NCBI RefSeq assembly: GCF_046119375.1
Contig: NW_027362776.1
Span: 6,758,001-6,822,000, forward strand
Direction: 5' to 3'
DNA from: Phyllobates terribilis
Lineage: Eukaryota
Length of the DNA stretch: 64,000 bases
Shown here piece after piece: positions 9,286 to 22,400 of this stretch (its first letter is position 1; each line of letters begins with the position of its first letter). The position numbers and the translations under genes are program-made. The notes under the pieces were generated by a model. The model was not told the origin of the DNA, did no database searches, and was given only the letters and a program-made list of their open reading frames with translations.

Positions 9286-10236
9286 AAAACTCAATGTCTT
9301 AAAAGCAACCAAGAAAACCTATTTGTCATATTATTTTCTACATTTAGCCAATGGAAAATAAGTTGTTGGTGCCAAACTCCTGTACAGGAAATAGGCTACG
9401 CCACTGAATTCTGAAGTTTTATTGTACTCCTTAACTATAAATGTTAAGTGTGGGAATATTCAGAAATTGCTTTTCCTGTGAAGCTATTTCCCAGTCATGC
9501 AAGTCAAAGGTTGGCAGCTTGCTGCTTTCTTTTCTTGAAAGAAATGTTTTTGTTACTTGAGCCAGTAGACTAGTTATCTTACAGTTTAAAGTAATTGTCT
9601 ACTAAAGGGCAAACCCTTTTCAATTCCCACAATGTGCGGAATAAAATAAGAAAAAAGCCATTTCCCACCTGGATCGGGACCCCCACGTTGTGTGCTGTGT
9701 TCCCCAGGCGATCTCATAACATTGTTAATGTTACGTAAGTGCTGCAGCTTTCACAATTCCTTCTGATGAGACCGTAGTTCTGTTTGATAGACCTGTGAAT
9801 GTTTTAGCTACACCTGATAAGCAGAAGTGCCCATGTGATATTTACAACGTCACAAGATCGCTGGGGGTCAAGGTGCTTGGACCCGATAAGCAGCATAGGT
9901 ACAGGAGGTACTGTGTGTATCCAAGAAAAACCAATAGATGTACAATGTAAAAGTAGTCAAAAAATAGTAAAAGCCGATGGCATGTGTGAAGACTTGCCTA
10001 TCAAGAACTCCCAATGCGAGGAGTTTCACAACTGTTTCTTATGAGGTCAAATGAAATAAAAACCTCTAAAATGACCTATCGGATAGACGCTATTCTTCTG
10101 GTCTCAGCACCAGACACCTGACACATGCTACCAATTGGCAGCCATTGATCAGTTGCAGTCTTTACTTTCCTTTTTTCTTTACTTTTCCGTCAGAAGTTGT
10201 TAGTATATAGTAGTAAATAAATTGGCTGCATTATAA

Positions 10237-11912
10237 GGCTGTGTTCACACGATGCGTTTTTAATGCTCTTCCGCGGCGTTTTTGCAGCTGCGTAAACGCT
10301 GCGGAAACGCATTAAAAACGCATGGTAGAAGGGCAGCAATGTTCCCCAATTGAAATCCGCATGTGCTGTGCCCATGATGCGGATTTTTCCGCAGCGTAAA
10401 CGCTGCGCTCAAAAATCCGCAGCATGTCAATTAATTTTGCGTAAACGCTGCGTTTTCGCCGCCATTGACTTGCATTAGAACGCGCCAATTCCGCTAAACT
10501 GCATTTGTACTTGCGTTATTGGCACGTTCTAATATGCGGATGGTACCCGGGTGTGGAGGAGAGGAGAGTCTCATCCACACCCAGGTACCATTAAAAAAGC
10601 TGTAAGGCTGAGTTCACACGATGCGTTTTTCATGCGTTTCCGCGGCGTTTTTGCAGTTGCGTAAACGCCGCGGAAACGCATGAAAAACGCATGGTAGAAG
10701 GGAAGCAATGTTCCCCAATGGAAATCCGCATGTGCTGTGCCCATGATGCGGATTTTTCCGCAGCGTAAACGCTGCGGTCAAAAATCCGCAGCATGTCAAT
10801 TAATTTTGCGGAAACGCTGCTCTTTTGCCGCCATTGACTTGCATTAGACCGCATGGAATCCGCATCACTGTATATGTTGATGCGCTTTTCATGCGGTCTA
10901 ATGTGCGGATGGTACCCGGGTGTGGATGAGAGGACTCTCATGCAGACCCAGGTACCATTAAAAAAAAAAGAATAAAATAAAAAATATATATATTCTCACC
11001 TTCTGACGGCCCGCGCTGCGTCCTGCCGGCTTCCCGGGCACTTCGCGGTTGAATGAAGAAGGACCTTCGCTGACGTCAGAGTCATGTGACGGGTCACGTG
11101 ACGCTGACGTCGGAAGGTCCTACAGTCTTCACTGCCGGCAGCCGGGACCGATGAAGCAGGACACCGGGGGCCATCAGAGGGTAAAGTATAGATTTATTTT
11201 TTGACATCACACACTATATAAATCCATGCCGGCTGCATGGATTTATATAGTGTGAAGTTGACAAGCACTTTCCAAGTGATGCTAAAATCGCTTGGGAAGC
11301 GCTTGTCAACCCGCATGCGGAAATGAAAGTGAAGACCGCTTCATTTCCGCATGTCCCTGGCAGGAAACCGCATGTACAATCCGCATGCGTTTTTTCCTGC
11401 CAGAGAGATGCAGAAACGCTCAGGAAAAAATCCTGAGCATTTCTGCATCGTGTGCACATACCCTAAAAAAAGAATAAAATAAAAAATAAATGTATACTTA
11501 CCTACTGTCGGCCCGCGCACCGCTCCTGCTTGGTTCCCGGCACCAACTGAGTTGAAGGACCTGCGCTGACGTCGGCAGTTGCCGTCAAGGGAGAACTGAG
11601 CAGGACACCGGGGGCCATCAGAGGGTAAAGTATACATGTATTTTTTATTTTTACCATTCTCTCGGGTCACACTATATAAATCCATGCTGGTTGCATGGAT
11701 TTATATAGTGTGACCTAGCTGTCAAGCACTTTCCAAGTGATGCTAAAATCGCCTGGAAAGCGCTTGTCAATCCGCATGCGGAAACGCATGTGAATCCGCA
11801 TGTATTCCGCAGGAAAAAAGCATGTACAATCCGCATGCGTTTTTTCTGCCAGGGAGATGCAGAAATGATGCAGAAATTTTCTGCTTCATTTCTGCATCGT
11901 GTGCACATACCC
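10237..11912. mobile_element. PIF/Harbinger-like MITE, outer copy (split by the inner copy)
   Basis: TAA|GGCTGTGTTCACACGATGC ... GCATCGTGTGCACATACCC|TTA; TWA flanks; left half 10237-10602 and right half 11467-11912. Confidence 0.75.
10606..11463. mobile_element. PIF/Harbinger-like MITE, inner copy of the same family
   Basis: TAA|GGCTGAGTTCACACGATGC ... GCATCGTGTGCACATACCC|TAA, an identical 3-bp TSD. Both halves align with the outer copy (left-half offset ~368 nt). Confidence 0.8.
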
Positions 11913-12500
11913 TTAGACTACTCTTAGCTATGTCCTATTTTACGCTTGTATTTGGTAAGACAAATTACAGGGATAAAACACATAATAATCTGGTTCACTT
12001 TTGGGCACAATTTGTGCCAGAAATATGCTCAGTAAATCTTCGCCTCTTCTGTATCAAATTTTAAGATCTTTGTTTGTTGTCTTGAAAATGTGTTGAGATC
12101 CACTGACAAACACCAGTAATTGGTGAAGAAGCATTCACCACAATCCAATCTTGGGCCTGTGTAAGCATGGCTGCAAACGGGCATCTCGTTCGTCGGCTGT
12201 TTGGATCGTTGTCAGTCACACCTCGGGCACGTAATTAGGAGATGTGCTGCCAGAACAATCCTGGTACCAATTGTTCTGTCCTCCTATAGTTTGTATCGAG
12301 CTGTGAATACCAGGCCACAAATGGTGCCATTGACGAAGACATTTGATTCGACTTGTGTATGGCTCATTGAGAGTGTCAGATCTTGGAGCCATACATGTAA
12401 GGACAGGGTTTTTTCAACTGTTTATGATATAATGAATAATTGTTATGAATATAAAATGGTAAAATCCCTTTATTAACATCAGTTACTGTTTCTGCTTTGA

Positions 12501-12641
<141 letters not shown>

Positions 12642-12819
12642 TAGAGCAGGGGGAAATAAACAAATGAGCAATAGTCGGTTTAAAGGTACATTCTGGACTC
12701 ACAGTATTGGCATATAGTAGGGATCAGTGAGGGGGTAACGCTGTCATCAGTCCGCTGTCTGTCCGCATCCGGTGAACTCTGCATTATTTACCTACTTACC
12801 GTAATCACAGTACTAATAG

Positions 12820-13119
<300 letters not shown>

Positions 13120-13193
13120 TAAACCAAGGATTTGCCCAATTACAACTATTGTATGTCTTTGGATTTTCAGGAGTTATAGAGTACCACAATTTA

Positions 13194-13458
13194 CAGCCTC
13201 CTTCACATGTCCATGTTTGCAGTACTTTTCTTTCAGGGATGCCACACGAATAAGTTATAACCTATGCTGCTGTGCACATCTGTGTTTTTACACGGACTGT
13301 ATGTCCATCTAAACCACACAGACACATGTCCATTTTTTACCGGCATCACTGATGACAAGAGGGAATACAAGTCTCTTCATCCTTGTAAAACACGTACAGC
13401 ACACGGAGGGCATTCATGTACTGTACATGTTTAACATTGCAAAGTATAGGAGAAGCTT
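13194..13458. mobile_element. Left part of a Harbinger-like MITE running directly into the tandem array
   Basis: TTA|CAGCCTCCTTCACATGTCCATG resembles a GGC..TTCACAC TIR (compare 10237) with CpG-type decay. Internal GGATGCCACACG, TTTTACACGGAC and GGCATCACTGATGAC resemble the array monomer. Family identity is from pattern recall. Confidence 0.5.
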
Positions 13459-16400
13459 TGTCACACTGATCAGAACACTGATGGAATACTGCTGGCACAC
13501 TGATCACAACACTGCTGGCACACTGATCACAACACTGCTGGCACACTGATCACAACACTGCTGGCACACTGATCACAACACTGCTAGCACACTGATCACA
13601 ACACTGCTGGCACACTGATCACAACACTGCTGGCACACTGATCAGAACACTGCTGGCACATTGATCAGAACACTGCTGGCACATTGATCAGAACACTGCT
13701 GGCACATTGATCAGAACACTGCTGGCACACTGATCACAACACTGCTGGCACACTGATCACAACACTGCTGGCACACTGATCACAACACTGCTGGCACACT
13801 GATCACAACACTGCTGTCACACTGATCACAACACTGCTGTCACACTGATCACAACACTGCTGTCACACTGATCACAACACTGCTGTCACACTGATCACAA
13901 CACTGCTGGCACACTGATCACAACACTGCTGGCACACTGATCACAACACTGCTGGCACACTGATCACAACACTGCTAGCACATTGATCAGAACACTGCTG
14001 GCACACTGATCAGAACACTGCTGGCACACTGATCAGAACACTGCTGGCACACTGATCAGAACACTGATCAGAACATTGATGACACACTGATCAGAACACT
14101 ACTGGCACACTGATCAGAGCACTGCTAGCACACTGATCAGAACAATGCTGGCACACTGATCAGAATACTGCTGGCACACTGATCAGAATACTGCTGGCAC
14201 ACTGATCAGAATACTGCTGGCACACTGATCAGAACACTGATCAGAACATTGATGACACACTGATCAGAACACTACTGGCACACTGATCAGAACACTGATC
14301 AGAACATTGATGGCACACTGATCAGAACATTGATGGCACACTGATCCGAATACTGCTGGCACACTGATCCGAATACTGCTGGCACACTGATCCGAATACT
14401 GCTGGCACACTGATCCGAATACTGCTGGCACACTGATCAGAACACTGATCAGAACATACATGGCACACTAATCAGAACACTGCTGGCACACTGATCCGAA
14501 TACTGCTGGCACACTGATCAGAACACTGATCAGAACATAGATGGCACACTGATCAGAATACTGCTAGCACACTGATCAGAACACTGCTGGCACACTGATC
14601 AGAACACTGCTGGCACACTGATCAGAACACTGCTGGCACACTGATCAGAACATTGATGATACACTGATCAGAACACTGCTGGCACACTGATCAGAACACT
14701 GATCAGAACATAGATGGCACACTGATCCGAATACTGCTGGCACACTGATCCGAATACTGCTGGCACACTGATCAGAATACTGCTGGCACACTGATCAGAA
14801 CATAGATGGCACACTGATCAGAATACTGCTGGCACACTGATCAGAACATTGATGGCACACTGATCAGAACACTGCTGGCACACTGATCAGAATACTGCTG
14901 GCACACTGATCAGAATACTGCTGGCACACTGATCAGAACATACATGGCACACTGATCAGAACATTGATGGCACACTAATCAGAACACTGCTGGCACACTG
15001 ATCAGAATACTGCTGGCACACTGATCCGAATACTGCTGGCACACTGATCCGAATACTGCTGGCACACTGATCCGAATACTGCTGTCACACTGACCAGAAC
15101 ACTGCTGTCACACTGACCAGAACACTGCTGTCACACTGACCAGAACACTGCTGTCACACTGACCAGAACACTGCTGTCACACTGACCAGAACACTGCTGT
15201 CACACTGACCAGAACACTGCTGTCACACTGACCAGAACACTGCTGTCACACTGACCAGAATACTGCTGTCACACTGACCAGAATACTGCTGGCACACTGA
15301 TCCGAATACTGCTGGCACACTGATCCGAATACTGCTGGCACACTGATCCGAATACTGCTGGCACACTGATCCGAATACTGCTGGCACACTGATCAGAACA
15401 CTGATCAGAACATAGATGGCACACTAATCAGAACACTGCTGGCACACTGATCCGAATACTGCTGGCACACTGATCCGAATACTGCTGGCACACTGATCCG
15501 AATACTGCTGGCACACTGATCCGAATACTGCTGGCACACTGATCCGAATACTGCTGGCACACTGATCCGAATACTGCTGGCACACTGATCAGAACACTGA
15601 TCAGAACACTGCTGGCACACTGATCCGAATACTGCTGGCACACTGATCCGAATACTGCTGGCACACTGATCAGAATACTGCTGGCACACTGATCAGAACA
15701 CTGATCAGAACATAGATGGCACACTGATCAGAATACTGCTGGCACACTGATCAGAACATTGATGGCACACTGATCAGAACACTGCTGGCACACTGATCAG
15801 AATACTGCTGGCACACTGATCAGAACATTGCTGGCACACTGATCAGAACATACATGGCACACTGATCAGAATACTGCTGGCACACTGATCAGAACATTGA
15901 TGGCACACTAATCAGAACACTGCTGGCACACTGATCAGAATACTGCTGGCACACTGATCAGAACATTGATGATACACTGATCAGAACACTGCTGGCACAC
16001 TGATCAGCACACTGCTGGCACACTGATCAGAACACTGCTGGCACACTGATCAGAACACTGCTGGCACACTGATCAGAACACTGCTGGCACACTGATCAGA
16101 ACACTGCTGGCACACTGATGGCACACTGATCAGAACACTGCTGGCACACTGAACAGAATACTGCTGGCACACTGATCAAAACATTGATGGCACACTGATC
16201 AGAACATTGATGGCACACTGATCAGAACATTGATGGCACACTAATCAGAACACTGCTGGCACACTGATCAGAATACTGCTGGCACACTGATCAGAACATT
16301 GATGATACACTGATCAGAACACTGCTGGCACACTGATCAGAACACTGCTGGCACACTGATCAGAACACTGCTGGCACACTGATCAGAACACTGCTGGCAC

Positions 16401-19400
16401 ACTGATCAGAACACTGCTGGCACACTGATCAGAACACTGCTGGCACACTGATCAGAACACTGCTGGCACACTGATCAGAACACTGCTGGCACACTGATCA
16501 GAACACTGCTGGCACACTGATCGGCACACTGCTGGCACACTGATCGGCACACTGCTGGCACACTGATCAGAACACTGCTGGCACACTGAACAGAATACTG
16601 CTGGCACACTGATCAGAACATTGATGGCACACTGATCAGAACATTGATGGCACACTGATCAAAACATGGATGGCACACTAATCAGAACACTGCTAGCACA
16701 CTGATCAGAACACTGATCAGAGCACTGCTGGCACACTGATCAGAACACTGCTGGCACACTGATCAGAACACTGCTGGCACACTGATCAGAACACTGCTGG
16801 CACACTGATCAGAACACTGATGGTATTCTGCTGGCACACTGATCAGAACACTGCTGGCACACTGATCAGAACACTGCTGGCACACTGATCAGAACACTGC
16901 TGGCACACTGATCAGAACACTGCTGGCACACTGATCAGACTACTGCTGGCACACTGATCAGAACACTAACCGGAACATTGATGGCACAATGATCAGAACA
17001 CTGCTGGCACACTGATCAGAACACTACTGGCACACTGATCAGAACACTACTGGCACACTGATCAGAACACTGATCAGAAGACTTCTGGCACACTGATCAG
17101 AACACTACTGGCACACTGATGGCACAATGATCGGAACTCTGGCACGCTGCTAGCACACTGATCAGAACACTGCTGGCACACTGATCAGAACACTGCTGGC
17201 ACACTGATCAGAACACTGATCGGCACACTGATCAAAACACTGATCAGAACACTGATGGCACACTGATCGGAACACTGCTGGCACACTGATCAGAACACTA
17301 CTGGCACACTGATCAGGACACTACTGGCACACTGATCAGGACACTACTGGCACACTGATCAGGACACTACTGGCACACTGATGGCACAATGATCGGAACT
17401 CTGGCACGCTGCTAGCACATTGATCAGAACACTGATGACACACTGATCAAAACACTGATCAGAACACTGATGACACACTGATGGGATCACTGATGGCACA
17501 CTGATGGGATCACTGCTGGCAAACTGATCAAAACACTGATCAGAACTCTGACAGCACACTGATCAGAAGACTTCTGGCACACTGATCAGAACACTACTGG
17601 CACACTGATCAGGACACTCATGGCACACTGATCAGAACACTGCTGGCACACTGATCAGAACACTGATCAGAAGACTTCTGGCACACTGATCAGAACACTA
17701 CTGGCACACTGATGGCACAATGATCGGAACTCTGGCACGCTGCTAGCACACTGATCAGAACACTGCTGGCACACTGATCAGAACACTGCTGGCACACTGA
17801 TCAGAACACTGATGGCACACTGATCAAAACACTAATCAGAACACTGATGGCACACTGATTGGATCACTGCTGGCACACTGATCGGAACACTGCTGGCACA
17901 CTGATCAGAACACTACTGGCACACTGATCAGGACACTCATGGCACACTGATGGCACAATGATCGGAACTCTGGCACGCTGCTAGCACACTGATCAGAACA
18001 CTGATGGCACACTGATCAGAACACTGATGGCACAGTGATCAGAACACTGATGGCACACTGATCAAAACACTGATCAGAACACTGATGGGATCACTGATGG
18101 CACACTGATGGGATCACTGCTGGCAAACTGATCAAAACACTGATCAGAACTCTGACAGCACACTGATCAGAAGACTTCTGGCACACTGATCAGAACACTA
18201 CTGGCACACTGATCAGGACACTCATGGCACACTGATCAGAACACTGATGGCACACTGATGGGATCACTGCTGGCACACTGATGGGATCACTGCTGGCACA
18301 CTGATGGGATCACTGCTGGCACACTGATGGGATCACTGCTGGCACACTGATGGGATCACTGCTGGCACACTGATGGGATCACTGCTGGCACACTGATGGG
18401 ATCACTGCTGGCACACTGATGGGATCACTGCTGGCACACTGATGGGATCACTGCTGGCACACTGATGGGATCACTGCTGGCACACTGATGGGATCACTGC
18501 TGGCACACTGATGGGATCACTGCTGGCACACTGATGGGATCACTGCTGGCACACTGATGGGATCACTGCTGGCACACTGATGGGATCACTGCTGGCACAC
18601 TGATGGGATCACTGCTGGCACACTGATCGGAACACTGCTGGCACACTGATCGGAACACTGCTGGCACGCTGATCGGAACACTGCTGGCACGCTGATCGGA
18701 ACACTGCTGGCACGCTGATCGGAACACTGATCAGAACACTGATCAAAACACTGATCAGAACACTGCTGGCACACTGATCAAAACACTGATCAGGACACTG
18801 ATCAAAACACTGATGGCACACTGATCAGAACACTGCTGGGACACTGATCCGAACACTGATCAGAACACTGATGGTAAACTGCTGGCACACTTATCAGAAC
18901 ACTGATGGCACACTGATCAGAACACTGTTGGCACACTGATCAGAACACTGATGGAACACTGATCAGAACACTGCTGGCACACTGATCAGAACATGGATGG
19001 CACACTGATCAGAACACTGATCGTAACACTGATCAGAACACTGATCGGAACACTGATGGCACATTGATCAGAACACTGCTGGCACACTAATCAGTACACT
19101 GATGGCACACTGATCAGAACACTGATGGCACACTGATCAGAACACTGATGGCACACTGATCAGAACACTGATCGGAACACTGATCAGAACACTGATCGGA
19201 ACACTGATGGCACACTGATCAGAACACTGATGGCACACTGATCAGAACACTACTGGCACACTGATCAGAACACTGCTGGCACACTGATCAGAGCACTGAT
19301 CAGAACACTGATGGCACACTGATCAGAACACTGATCAGAACATGGATGGCACACTGATCAGAACAGTGCTGGCACACTGATCAGAACACTACTGGCACAC

Positions 19401-22400
19401 TGATGGAACACTGCTGGCACACTGATGGGATCACTGCTGGCACACTGATGGGATCACTGCTGGCACACTGATGGGATCACTGCTGGCACACTGATGGGAT
19501 CACTGCTGGCACACTGATGGGATCACTGCTGGCACACTGATCGGAACACTGCTGGCACACTGATCGGAACACTGTTGGCACGCTGATCGGAACACTGTTG
19601 GCACGCTGATCGGAACACTGTTGGCACGCTGATCGGAACACTGTTGGCACGCTGATCGGAACACTGCTGGCACGCTGATCAGAACACTGCTGGCACGCTG
19701 ATCAGAACCCTGCTGGCACGCTGATCAGAACCCTGCTGGCACGCTGATCAGAACCCTGCTGGCACGCTGATCAGAACCCTGCTGGCACGCTGATCAGAAC
19801 CCTGCTGGCACGCTGATCAGAACCCTGCTGGCACACTGATCAGAACCCTGCTGGCACACTGATCAGAACCCTGCTGGCACACTGATCAGAACCCTGCTGG
19901 CACACTGATCAGAACCCTGCTGGCACACTGATCAAAACACTGATCAGGACACTGATCAAAACACTGATCAGAACACTGATCAAAACACTGATCAGAACAC
20001 TGCTGGCACACTGATCAAAACACTGATCAGCACACTGATCAAAACACTGATGGCACACTGATCAGAACACTGCTGGGACACTGATCCGAACACTGATCAG
20101 AACACTGATGGTAAACTGCTGGCACACTTATCAGAACACTGATGGCACACTGATCAAAACACTGATCAGAACACTGTTGGCACACTGATCAGAACACTGA
20201 TGGAACACTGATCAGAACACTGCTGGCACACTGATCAGAACATGGATGGCACACTGATCAGAACACTGATCAGAACACTGATCGGAACACTGATGGCACA
20301 TTGATCAGAACACTGCTGGCACACTAATCAGTACACTGATGGCACACTGATCAGAACACTGATGGCACACTGATCAGAACACTGCTGGCACACTAATCAG
20401 TACACTGATGGCACACTGATCAGAACACTGATGGCACACTGATCAGAACACTGATGGCACACTGATCAGAACACTGATCGTAACACTGATCAGAACACTG
20501 ATCGGAACACTGATGGCACACTAATCAGTACACTGATGGCACACTGATCAGAACACTACTGGCGCACTGATCAGAACACTGATGGCACACTGATCAGAAC
20601 ACTGATCAGAACATGGATGGCACACTGATCAGAACAGTGCTGGCACACTGATCAGAACACTACTGGCACAATGATGGAACACTGCTGGCACACTGATCAG
20701 AACACTGTTGGCATACTGATCAGAACATTGATGGCACACTGATCAGAACACTGCTGGCACACTGATCAGAACATGGATGGCACACTGATCAGAACACTGA
20801 TAATACACTGCTGGTACACTGATCAGAACACTGCTGGGACTCTGATCAGAACACTGATCAGAACACTGATGGTACACTGCTTGCACACTGATCAGAACAC
20901 TGATCAGAACACGGATGGCACACTGATCAGAACACTGATGGCACACGGATCAGAACACTGATGGCACACGGATCAAAACACTGATGGCACACTGATCAGA
21001 ACACTGCTGGGACACTGATCCGAACACTGATCAGAACACTGATGGTAAACTGCTGGCACACTTATCAGAACACTGATGGCACACTGATCAAAACACTGAT
21101 CAGAACACTGTTGGCACACTGATCAGAACACTGATGGAACACTGATCAGAACACTGCTGGCACACTGATCAGAACACTGCTGGCACACTGATCAGAACAC
21201 TGCTGGCACACTGATCAGAACACTGCTGGCACACTGATCAGAACACTGCTGGCACACTGACCAGAACACTGCTGGCACACTGACCAGAACACTGCTGGCA
21301 CACTGACCAGAACACTGCTGGCACACTGACCAGAACACTGCTGGCACACTGACCAGAACACTGCTGGCACACTGACCAGAACACTGCTGGCACACTGACC
21401 AGAACACTGCTGGCACACTGACCAGAACACTGCTGTCACACTGACCAGAACACTGCTGTCACACTGACCAGAACACTGCTGTCACACTGACCAGAACACT
21501 GCTGTCACACTGACCAGAACACTGCTGTCACACTGACCAGAACACTGCTGTCACACTGACCAGAACACTGCTGTCACACTGACCAGAACACTGCTGTCAC
21601 ACTGACCAGAACACTGCTGTCACACTGATCAAAACACTGTTGGCACACTGATCAGAACACTGCTGTCACACTGATCAAAACACTGATCAGAACACTGTTG
21701 GCACACTGATCAGAACACTGCTGGCACACTGATCAGAACACTGCTGGCACACTGATCAGAACACTGCTGGCACACTGATCAGAACACTGCTGGCACACTG
21801 ATCAGAACACTGTTGGCACACTGATCAGAACACTGCTGGCACACTGATCAGAACACTGCTGGCACACTGATCAGAACACTGCTGGCACATTGATCAGAAC
21901 ACTGCTGGCACACTGATCAGAACACTGCTGGCGCACTGATCAGAACACTGCTGGCGCACTGATCAGAACACTGCTGGCGCACTGATCAGAACACTGCTGG
22001 CGCACTGATCAGAACACTGCTGGCGCACTGATCAGAACACTGCTGGCACACTGATCAGAACACTGCTGGCACACTGATCAGAACACTGCTGGCACACTGA
22101 TCAGAACACTGCTGGCACACTGATCAGAACACTGCTGGCACACTGATCAGAACACTGCTGGCACACTGATCAGAACACTGCTGGCACACTGATCAGAACA
22201 CTGCTGGCACACTGATCAGAACACTGATCAGAACATGGATGGCACACTGATCAGAACAGTGCTGGCACACTGATCAGAACACTACTGGCACACTGATGGA
22301 ACACTGCTGGCACACTGATCAGAACACTGCTGTCACACTGATCAAAACACTGATCAGAACACTGTTGGCACACTGATCAGAACACTGCTGGCACACTGAT

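Noticed and set aside
9600-10200. Scattered T2-like fragments (GATCGGGACCCCC, GATCGCTGGGGGTC, ATGACCTATC)
   Set aside because: Short motifs without definable ends; probably old repeat debris.
13225-13260. Acceptor-like CTTTTCTTTCAG after the UPP donor as the next exon
   Set aside because: The following sequence does not encode HGMG in any frame, hits stops quickly, and falls within the MITE-like segment.
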